This document shows, piece by piece, positions 12,130 to 21,925 of a stretch of DNA of 49,861 nt; positions within the stretch are counted from its first letter, which is position 1; the number at the start of each line of letters is the position of its first letter. A program made the position numbers and the translations under genes. The notes beneath the pieces are model-generated. The model searched no databases, was not told the DNA's origin, and saw only the letters and a program-made list of their open reading frames with translations. The stretch is from Chiloscyllium plagiosum. Lineage: Eukaryota. The stretch is from assembly GCF_004010195.1 (NCBI RefSeq), contig NC_057752.1, positions 9,693,350 through 9,743,210 on the forward strand, in the 5' to 3' direction.

Positions 12130-14330
12130 TCTCCATCACGGAAATCAAAAATATATCAATTCAACTCCCCAAAAACCTAATGTTTGTTGGTGATTCCACC
12201 ATCTGCGTTTCTGATCTCATCCTTCCTCCAGCCCATGAAGAATGAGATGAGCCCATGTACTTTGCGCTTCCTCAAGGTCAACAGCAATAAGGCCAACAAG
12301 TTTCATTGAGACGACTCCACCTAGTGTTGTTGCAGCCCTCTTGACATTGAACCATTCTCCCCACTTTTACTATCAAAATGTACCAACCCACCGGCCCTGG
12401 GCATCTGCCACATTTTAGACTCATGCCACTGACAAGTTTTATCACAAGTCCAGTCTTGCAATGAGTATTTGTTGATGAATATAACCTGTCTTCCCCCTCA
12501 GCCACCTTCTGAGACTGCAAGGTCTGGTGCGATATTCACAGATTCAACTTTGTGTCTGACTGAGGCGTGATAGTGGCTGACTGCGGAAAGGAAGATAGTG
12601 ACAGGAGCAGAAAATTCTCAGCCTTCTCAGGACAACATGACACACTGCCTACCATGCAGTACAAATGTAAGCACCATCAGCTCTTTTCAGAATGTGTCCT
12701 TGTGGATCTGAATCACATCCGGCCTCAGCACACACACCTTCGGTTCCCCAAACTCCTTCAGGAGAACCACAACTTCTTTGATCCAGCATGCCAAGGCTAG
12801 AGTGAAAATGCTGGACCCTTCAAGGCTAATGTTAATGATGGGACCTGTAAAACCTCTGCAACAAAGTGCTGCCTCCCCCAATATATCAGAGACAGACCGG
12901 TTGACATGCAACAAAAATTTGATATTCCTGGAGTCTTTGCTTGGCCTGAAGATGGGCAATACCTTAACCCATCATTTCTTGTCAAGAGGTCAGATGGGGT
13001 TTTTGACTTGTCCCATTTCTTGATGTTGGATGCTACAGTCAGCCACCACCTTCACTCATGCCAGATGCTGACTCAACTGTACACAAGATTGCCAAATGGA
13101 AATACATCTTTGAGACACATCTGTCCAATGCCTTATGTCTGATTCCATTAGTACAATTTTCCTTGAAGCACTGTGGAGAGATTGCATCCTATACATTCGA
13201 TTCCCAAAAGCCATGCCTGGAATTGCAAGTGCCATTGGGGAATTAATATCCTGTGTCCCAGGTGATCTTATAGTGGAGAGCCCTGTCATCAAGATCTGTG
13301 TTGGTAACATTCCTGAAGACTATCTTCACAATTGGCAAAATGGAATAAATGCAGTGTCACAATATGACTTGTCTGACACAGTAATCTGAAACTGTAATAT
13401 TCCCTCATGCATCACACACATCTGTTGCAAAGTGCCACCCTTCAAAGAAGCTCACCAACATCTGTGATGTCAACCACTACCTCTGGGCTGCTACCATCTC
13501 ATGGGGATTGTTCACTCATTGTTCAGCACTTTGCCCCTTCAGAGAACACACTATCGTACAGATCATTTTCAGGAAGGCCTTCTCACTTACTTCAACCGGT
13601 GACTGGTCACCCAATGTATCATCGGCTCCAATTGGTTACCCATAAATATTTCGGTGTGATCGACATTACTGTGTTCACTGACTGCGTCACAGCCAGCTGC
13701 TATTGAATTGGTTACAGCTGGCTGCCATATTTGACGCTGCGCCTCCACTGAATGAGTTCTTACACGATGTCGATGCCTCCATTGAATGGGTTACAGCTAA
13801 CCGTCATAACTGAAGTAAATGCCTCCGCTGAATGAGTTACAGCTGTCTGCCATTAAAATGGGTTACAGCTATCTGCCATACTTCACATAAGTGCCTCCAC
13901 TGAATGGGTTACATTGAGCTGCTATAGTTGATGTAAATGCTGACACAGCTGCCTGCTATTGAATGGGTCACAGGTCACTGCCGTACCTGCTCTGCTCTCC
14001 AGACCATCTCTGTAAATCCCCCAGTCCTCAAGTGGCCCTGGAGAAGTAGTTGACACTTCATTTGCCGATGATGTTATAAAGCAAAGTGACAACTGATTTT
14101 GACTATAAAAGATTAAGGTCACTGCCACTTACACTGGTACCAATGTACCACACAACACCTTGAGTGATGCTGTCCTCCAGATGTGCATTGGGCTTCATTC
14201 ACTCGATGGTCCCCTATCTATCATATAGACTGATCCTGCCCCGGTTTGTCAGCCCTGTTCAGCGGCGAACTGCTTCAGGAAAGCCACATTACCACTAAAC
14301 TTAGGAGACTGAAGAATCCCAAAGGAATTC
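12130..14330 (+). mobile_element. Fossil Ty3/Gypsy LTR-retrotransposon pol (RT and integrase; RT C-terminus/RNase H largely deleted)
   Basis: Fragmented frames give RT motifs QQKFD..PGVFAWPED..QYLNPSFLVKR, MPDADSTVHKIAKWKYIFETHLSNALCLIPL...LKHCG and AMPG...GEL..CVPGDL. Then come PSKKLTNICDVNHYL, an integrase zinc finger (GHPMYHRLQLVTHKYF...EWVTGHCRTCSAL) and a core region (SFADDVIK...TLSDAVLQMCIGLHSLDGP..I*TDPAP/GLSAL..ELL..HIT.KL.RLKNP). Many stops are TGA, as expected from CpG decay. Confidence 0.8.
13680..13985 (+). repeat. Degenerate tandem array, about 7 copies of GCCTCCA(C/T)TGAATGGGTTACAGCT
   Basis: Copies start near 13698, 13741, 13775, 13821, 13848, 13893 and 13955, with irregular spacing. 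Confidence 0.85.
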
Positions 14331-14409
14331 AGTAGCAAAGAAAGTAATGCAGGAACATATCTTCTCTAAGCAGTAATTTATTTTACTAGCTCTTTTCTTA
14401 TTTGGACAT

Positions 14410-14962
14410 TGTGTACATTGTATTGTGTCCAGTTCTGGTCACCACACTACCAGAAGGATGTGGGTGCTTTGGAGAGGGTGCAAAAGAGGTTTACCAGGAT
14501 ACTGCCTGGTATGGGGAATTTTAGCTAGGAAGAAAGTTTGGATAGACTGGGTTTATTTTCACTGGAACACAGGAGGTTGTGGGATGACCTAATAGAAATG
14601 TCTAAGATTGTGAATGGCATGGATAGAGTGGAAAGGATGAGGCTTTTCCCAGGGTGTTGGGAGCAAATATGAGGGGATACAGGTTCAAGGTGTGGGGGGG
14701 TGGGAGGAGTTTAAAACAGGTGTGCGAGGCAGGTTTGTTACACAAAGAGTGGTGAATGCCAGGAACACGCTGCCGGAGGAGGTGATGGAAGCAAACACAG
14801 TAGCAGTATTCGAGAAGCACCTGGATGAACACATGAATGGGAATGGAACAGAGAAATAAGGATCCTGTAAGTGAAGACAGTTTAGTATGGAAGGGCAAAT
14901 TGTGTTGTTGCAGGCTTAGAGGGCCAAAGGACCTGTCCCTGTGATATATTGTTCTTTGTTCT
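14410..14962 (+). mobile_element. CR1 LINE 3' fragment
   Basis: YCVQFWSPHYQKDVGALERVQKRFTRILPG motif, followed by a tail ending ...GGGCCAAAGGACCTGTCCCTGTG...TGTTCTTTGTTCT. Confidence 0.9.
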
Positions 14963-16533
14963 ATCCTCAACTCTTCGACTGTGTATGGTACATACACCAA
15001 CCACTTTATCCAATGTCAAGTGGTTTGAAATATTTAGTTTTCAATTCACAATAACTTCCATGTGTCCAATGAAATTCACATCCATGCCACTTAATGTGAT
15101 ACTAAATCAGAATTGTATATTTATAGTAAAAGTAACCATGTTTTGGTTTTCTTAGTATCTTTAAAAACGGGAATTTAGAATGCTTTCCCTTCAATTTAGA
15201 GATCTGGGTTCAATCCAAGCAATAAGGAACTAATAGCACTCTCACTTTGATCGGAACTGTTCGGAATTTTGATCTGAATTGTCTAACAGATCAGAACATT
15301 GTCCTTGTCAGAATCTTATAGGGGTCAGAGCTATAACGTTGACTCTGGCAAGACGTGTGGCAGAATCGAACAAGAAGCTCAGCAAGGCCTATCTCGATGT
15401 CAGGAGTATCCTGCTCCATCTTTTACTCCTTTCAAGGCAGTGTGGTGAGCTCACACTGGGCAGTGGTGGACTGCCAACCGACAATGATTAGAGCTTGTTA
15501 AATACCTTGGTGATGGCCCAACTCACCTCATTAATATTCAGCTTCTTGTCTTCCCAAACTCACTAAACAAATTAGATGCCAAGAATTCTGACCATAGAAA
15601 TCAGAGTGGTTACCTGGTGAATTCAGCTCACTGCTTGCTCCAAACAACCTCCATGTTGGACACGAGGTACCAACATCTCAGGACACGCTCCATGGTCACC
15701 AGCTACAGACACCCCACATCCACAGACATTGGCATCCAATATGTGCCAGCCTGTGAGAACCCTCATGGCACATCTCCGATTCAGTTACAGGACACTTCTG
15801 CTCATCAATGCCCCACCTCAGGCTGTACTGGCAACTCTCACAGTAATGCTGCAGTAAGGACACTGTGTGCTCAGGGACACACCAGGCTATATCTCCAGCC
15901 TGTTCACTAGCTGTCATAGCACTCACTTACTTGGAGTCAACCTGGATAGTCACAGAATCCCTTCCCTTCACTACCTTTGTGTACTTTTCCACCTCAGCCA
16001 CAGATATCAGGCTCACAGTATTGCAATACAGCCGAGCCATTTAGCACAGCCACAAAGCCAGGAAACATGTCCTGGCTGTCAGCAGTCCTCAGTCCAGTCC
16101 AGGGGGATAGCTCTCGCTCAGGTGTCCCAGCATAGTAAGTTAAGGGCAGTCTTTGATACCAGTCCAGGGAATTGGACACATTCCGTTAGGTGCTTGGGGT
16201 GGTCAGTCAGCATGCTCTCCACATAAGGGGCAAGGAGCTGAATTTCAGCCAGCCAGCCACCTGTCTTGACTCTCTGCTCTATTGTGGGTTGGTTTCTTCC
16301 TGGAATTAAAGGGAGATTAAAGTGGGTGGCACAGCTGTTATTTTTAGTGTAAGTGGGGACATGACCCAAGCAAGTGAGTAGACAGCGCCGAGGACAGACA
16401 GGGTGAGTGGTGTCGGGATGGATGACAGCAAGTATTGAAAGATGTTTCAGGCAGTGGTGAGCATGAGTCTTGGTGGGAGGTGGGTACAGTAGCAGAGGTA
16501 GAGTGAATGAGACATGAGAGAGAAGATAGCGGC

Positions 16534-16745
16534 ACTTACCCTGGCGGGTTTGAGAATAATATTGACCTTCTTCCTACATTGTTGTGCATTCTTGCAGACA
16601 CTGAGACTGCACTGACCTGGGTGGCAATTTTGGAGCAGGTTGGCATGGTCTGGTGTTGTGGCCTCCTGGGGGATGAGGACCTCTCACCTGTTCACCACCC
16701 CTTCTCCAGCGCATATATGAGGAACCATGCAGGGTGGCTCTGGAC
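16534..16745 (-). mobile_element. PIF/Harbinger Myb/SANT-like (trihelix) ORF remnant; the element probably extends over ~15.5-17.0 kb
   Basis: Frameshifted translation gives VVNR*EVLIPQ / RPQHQTMPTCSKIATQVSAVSVSAR / NAQQCRKKVNIILKPAR, followed by the donor GTAAGT. The QCRKK motif plus an intron is typical of the Harbinger DNA-binding ORF. Confidence 0.7.
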
Positions 16746-17119
16746 TGACAGTGCCTGTCCGGTGGGCCACATGGACACATTGTCCTTTGCAGATGGTGCT
16801 GGCGTCAGAAAAGCCAGTCAACTCTGAGATACCCTGGCAGCGGCAAGCTGTTCTGGGAATGGTATGTGGGGCGAGAAGCAAACATGAGAAAAACCATAGG
16901 GGCAGTTAATGGGCTGCGTTTGGTAAGTTACAGTGAGTAATCTCGCGAGACCTCGTGGTGAAAAACACTCCAAAAAAAAAAAAACGGATGTAGTTCTCAG
17001 AAAAGACTCAGTCCACAATCTTTATTGCCTCACTGAATCTTGTCATCCCCAGCCCAGGCACCTGATGCATTTAGCAGAGCAGTGTCATGTGCAAGCAAGA
17101 TCACAAATAGGAGAACAGA

Positions 17120-17590
17120 GCAAATGAATGCACGGCTGGGGGAGGGGAACGGTGTAGGAGGGAGGGAGGGACTTAGATTCTGGAGGTAATGGCCCAGATG
17201 TGGGGAAAGCGAGACCTGTACAAGCGGATGGGCTTCTGCCCAGCAAAACTGGGACCAATATCGTCAGGGTATTCGCCAGTACTGTGGGCGAGGATTTAAA
17301 CGAGAGTGGCAGGGGGATGGGAAACCTGAGCAGGGAGACAAGAGTGAGGGAAACAAAGGCAGAAATGAAAGATAGAAAAGCAGAGAGCAAAAGCAGAAGG
17401 CAAAAGTGGAAACAAGGACCAGCAGCAAATAAGGCGAGAGTACAGAAAGAATGGATAAAAATGTCAAAAAGACAAGTTTAAAAGGTACTATATCTGAATG
17501 CATGGAGCAGAATATAAGAAGCATGGCTAGTAAGTTTGCAGATGACACCAAAATAGCTGGTGTAGTGGACAGGGAAGATTATCTCAGAGT
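17120..17590 (+). mobile_element. Older CR1 ORF1 esterase fragment plus a short RT fragment
   Basis: A degenerate DLYK.DGL...GTNI..VFASTVGEDLN segment (17120-17305) is followed by [22 protein letters not shown] at ~17525-17592. Confidence 0.65.
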
Positions 17591-17592
17591 AC

Positions 17593-19831
17593 AGAGCTGG
17601 TGTACGGGAGAAGGATTCACATTTTTGGATCATTGGAATCTCTTTTGGGGTAGAAGTGACCTGTACAAGAAGGACGGATTGCACCTAAATTGGAAGGGGA
17701 CTAATACACTGGGAGGGAAATTTGCTAGAACTGCTCGGGAGGATTTAAACTAGTAAGGTGGGGGGTGGGACCCAGGGAGATAGTGAGGAAAGAGATCGAT
17801 CTGAGACGGGTACAGCTGAGAACAGAAGTGAGTCAAACAGTCAGGGAAGGTAGGGACAAGGTAGGACTAATAAATTTAAACTGCATTTATTTCAATGCAA
17901 GGGGCCTAACAGGGATGGCAGATGAACTCAGGGCATGGTTAGGAACATAGGACTGGGATTGCATAGCAATTACAGAAACATGGCTCAGGGATGGGCAGGA
18001 CTGGCAGCTTAATGTTCCAGGATACAAATGCTACAGGAAGGATAGAAAGGGAGGCAAGAGAGGAGGGGGAGTGGCATTTTTGATAAGGGATAGCATTACA
18101 CCTGTGCTGAGGGAGGATATTCCCGGAAATACATCCAGGGAAGTTATTTGGGTGGAACTGAGAAATAAGAAAGGGATGATTACCTTATTGGGACTGTATT
18201 ATAGACCTCCCAATAGTCAGCAGGAAATTGAGAAACAAACTTTTAAGGAGAGCTCAGCTATCTGTAAGAATAATAGGGTAGTTATGGTAGGGGATTTTAA
18301 CTTTCCAAACATAGACTGGGACTGCCATAGTGTTAAAGGTTTAGATGGAGAGGAATTTGTTAAGTGTGTACAAGACAATTTTCTGATTCAGTATGTGGAT
18401 GTACCTACTAGAGAAGGTGCAAAACTTGACCTACTCTTGGGAAATAAGGCAGGGCAGGTGACTGAAGTGTCAGTGGGGGAGCACTTTGGGGCCAGCGACT
18501 ATAATTCTATTTGTTTTAAAATAGTGATGGAAAAGGATAGACCAGATCTAAAAGTTGAAGTTCGAAATTGGAGAAAGGNNNNNNNNNNNNNNNNNNNNNN
18601 GGACAGGAGGTAGCTTTGGCAAATAGAATGAAGGAGAATCCAAAGGGTTTTTACAAATACATTAAGGACAAAAGGGTAACTAGGGAGAGAATAGGGCCCC
18701 TCAAAGATCAGCAAGGCGGCCTTTGTGGGGAGCCACAGAAAATGGGGGAGATATTAAATAAATATTTTGCATCAGTATTTACTGTAGAAAACGATATGGA
18801 AGATATAGACTGTAGGGATATAGATGGTGACATCTTGCAAAATGTCCAGATTACAGAGGAGGAAGTGCTGGATGTCTTGAAACGGTTAAAAGTGGATAAA
18901 TCCCCAGGACCTGATCAGGTGTACCCGAGAACTCTGTAGGAAGCTAGGGAAGTGATTGCTGGGCCTCTTGCTGAGATATTTGTATCATCGATAGTCACAG
19001 GTGAGGTGCTGGAAGACTGGAGGTTGGCAAACGTGGTGCCACTGTTTAAGAAGGGTTTTAAGGACAAGTCAGGGAACTGTAGACCGGTGAGCCTTGTCTC
19101 GGTGGTGGGCAAGTTGTTGGAGGGAACCCTGAGGGACAGGATGTACATGTATTTGGAAAGGCAAGAACTGATTCGGGATAGTCAGCAATGGCTTTGAGCA
19201 TGGGAAATCATGTCTCACAAACTTGATAGAGTTTTTTGAAGAAGTAACAAAGACGATTGATGAGGGCAGAGCAGTAGATGTGATCTACATGGACTTCAGT
19301 AAGGCATTCGACAAGGTTCCCCATGGGAGACTGATTAGCAAGGTTAGATCTCATGGAATACAGGGAGAACTAGCCATTTGGATACAGAACTGGCTCAAAG
19401 GTAGAAGACAGAGGGTGGTAGTTGAGGGTTGTTTTTCAGACTGGAGGCCTGTGACCAGTGGAGTGCCACAAGGATTGGTGCTGGGCCCTCTACGTTTTGT
19501 CATTTACATAAATGACTTGAATGCGAGTATAAGAGGTACAGTTAGTAAGTTTGCAGATGACACCAAAATTGGAGATGTAGTGGTTACCTCAGATTACAAC
19601 AGGATCTGGACCAGATGGGCCAATGGGCTGAGAAGTGGCAGATGGAGTTTAATTCAGATAAATGCGAGGTGCTGCATTCTGGGAAAGCAAATCTTAGCAG
19701 GACTTATACACTTAATGGTAAGGTCCTAGGGAGTGTTGCTGAACAAAGAGACCTTGGAGTGCAGGTTCATAGCTCCTTGAAAGTGGAGTCACAGGTAGAC
19801 AGGATAGTGAAGGCGACGTTTGGCATGCTTT
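17593..19831 (+). mobile_element. CR1/HER1-type LINE: ORF1 SGNH-esterase C-terminus, APE endonuclease and RT (pseudogenised, runs into gap)
   Basis: ORF1 end is WCTGEGFTFLDHWNLFWGRSDLYKKDGLHLN. Endonuclease motifs are CIYFNARGL, ITETWL, GLYYRPPNS, MVGDFNFPNIDW and LDLLL. RT motifs are [29 protein letters not shown] and KFADD. There are a few stops and frameshifts, and a 22-N gap at 18579-18600. Confidence 0.97.
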
Positions 19832-20634
19832 NNNNNNNNNNNNNNNNNNNNNNNNNNNNNNNNNNNNNNNNNNNNNNNNNNNNNNNNNNNNNNNNNNNNN
19901 NNNNNNNNNNNNNNNNNNNNNNNNNNNNNNNNNNNNNNNNNNNNNNNNNNNNNNNNNNNNNNNNNNNNNNNNNNNNNNNNNNNNNNNNNNNNNNNNNNNN
20001 NNNNNNNNNNNNNNNNNNNNNNNNNNNNNNNNNNNNNNNNNNNNNNNNNNNNNNNNNNNNNNNNNNNNNNNNNNNNNNNNNNNNNNNNNNNNNNNNNNNN
20101 NNNNNNNNNNNNNNNNNNNNNNNNNNNNNNNNNNNNNNNNNNNNNNNNNNNNNNNNNNNNNNNNNNNNNNNNNNNNNNNNNNNNNNNNNNNNNNNNNNNN
20201 NNNNNNNNNNNNNNNNNNNNNNNNNNNNNNNNNNNNNNNNNNNNNNNNNNNNNNNNNNNNNNNNNNNNNNNNNNNNNNNNNNNNNNNNNNNNNNNNNNNN
20301 NNNNNNNNNNNNNNNNNNNNNNNNNNNNNNNNNNNNNNNNNNNNNNNNNNNNNNNNNNNNNNNNNNNNNNNNNNNNNNNNNNNNNNNNNNNNNNNNNNNN
20401 NNNNNNNNNNNNNNNNNNNNNNNNNNNNNNNNNNNNNNNNNNNNNNNNNNNNNNNNNNNNNNNNNNNNNNNNNNNNNNNNNNNNNNNNNNNNNNNNNNNN
20501 NNNNNNNNNNNNNNNNNNNNNNNNNNNNNNNNNNNNNNNNNNNNNNNNNNNNNNNNNNNNNNNNNNNNNNNNNNNNNNNNNNNNNNNNNNNNNNNNNNNN
20601 NNNNNNNNNNNNNNNNNNNNNNNNNNNNNNNNNN
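19832..20634. other. Assembly gap
   Basis: Run of N. Confidence 1.
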
Positions 20635-20808
20635 GGATCGTTAGCTGTTTTCCTGTTTGTCCTATGTAGTGTTTTGTGCAGTCCTTGCATGGGATTTTGT
20701 ACACTACATTGGTTTTGCTCATGCTGGGTATCGGGTCCTTCGTTCTGGTGAGTTGTTGTCTGAGAGTGGCTGTTGGTTTGTGTGCTGTTATGAGTCCTAG
20801 TGGTCGCA
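20635..20808 (-). mobile_element. Penelope-like element, GIY-YIG endonuclease fragment
   Basis: SKTNVVYKIPCKDCTKHYIGQTGKQL matches the PLE GIY-YIG motif (VY.IPC..C...YIGQTG). Confidence 0.92.
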
Positions 20809-20960
20809 GCCAGAGGAAAGATCACAGAAGCGCTTCACAGAAGGCTCCCAAGCACTGAGGATGTCACCTAGACAGGGGACAAAACGTCTGCAACACAAAT
20901 TCCCAGCTCGGCGAACAGAACCACAACAACGAGCACCCGAGCTACAAATCTTCTCACAAA
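20809..20960 (+). mobile_element. Penelope pseudo-LTR in inverted orientation, containing a degenerate hammerhead motif (20852-20891)
   Basis: GCA-CTGAGGA-T-GTCACC TAGACA GGGGAC-AAAAC-GTC-TGC, directly abutting the antisense GIY-YIG fragment. Confidence 0.7.
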
Positions 20961-21530
20961 CTTTGTACAGGACATTGGTGAGACCACATTTAGAATATTG
21001 CTTTCAATCCTGGTCTCTCTGCTCTAGGAAAGATGTTGCTAAACTTGAAAGAGTTCAGAAAAGATTGACAATGATGTTGCCAGGGTTGGAGGGTTTGAGC
21101 CATAGGGAGAGATTGAATAGGCTGGGGGCTGTTTTCCCTGGAGCATCAGAGGCTGAGGGGTGACCTTATTGAGGTTTATAAAATCATGAGGGGCATGGAT
21201 AGGATAAATAGACAAAGTCTTTTTCCCAGGATAGGGGAGTTCTAAACTAGAGGTTTATGGTGAGAGGGGAAAGATTTAAAATGGACCTTAGGGGCAACTT
21301 TTTCACGCAAATGGTGGTACATGTATGGAATGAGCTGCCAGAGGAAGGGGTAGATATAGGAACAATTACAACATTTAAATGACATCTGGATGGGTATATA
21401 ATAAGAAAGGGTTTCAGAGAGATATGGGCCAAATGCTGGCAAATGGGACTAGATTAATGTAGAATATCTGGTCAGCACAGACGAGTTGGACTGAGGGGTC
21501 TGTTTCTGCGCTGTATGACTCTATGATTCA
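20961..21530 (+). mobile_element. CR1/HER1-type LINE 3' end (possibly the end of the 17593-19831 copy)
   Basis: LYRTLVRPHLEYCFQSWS...ERVQKRLTMMLPGLEGLSHRERLNRLG, with the tail TATGACTCTATGATTC. Confidence 0.92.
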
Positions 21531-21925
21531 GAATAAGTTCGTCGAATTAACAATGCAAATCGTGGCACATGGATACAATCTGATTGCAGTTATGGAGGCA
21601 TGGTTGCAGGGTGATCAAGGCTGGGAAATGATCATCCAAAGGGATTCAATCTTTAAGAATGACAGGCAAAATGGAAAATGAAGGTGAGGTGGCATTGTTA
21701 ATGCAAGATGAAATCAATGCAATAGTGAGAACGCATACTGGCGCAGGATTTCTCGATATAGAATCAGTCTGGGTGGGGCTAAGAAGCAACGAGAGGCAGA
21801 AAGCATTACCAAGAACTGTCTATAGGCCTCCAAATAGTTGTGGCAAGGCTACACCGAAAACGACAGATTCATGCAACAAGAAACTACACTCATCGTGGGG
21901 GATTCTAATTTACATATAGATAAGC
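21531..21925 (+). mobile_element. Old CR1 endonuclease fragment
   Basis: YNLIAVMEAWLQGDQGWE...GEVALL...ESVWVGLRS...TVYRPPNS...IVGDSNL. Confidence 0.75.

Noticed and set aside
12130..13400. Endogenous RNA-virus or herpesvirus gene (VFVDEY resembling a helicase Walker B; Cys-rich peptides)
   Set aside because: Downstream frames give Gypsy RT and integrase motifs in the expected order, which explains the region.
13680..13985. CRISPR-like repeat-spacer array
   Set aside because: The context is eukaryotic, the repeats are degenerate, the spacers are irregular and related to each other, there are no cas genes, and the unit derives from integrase coding sequence.
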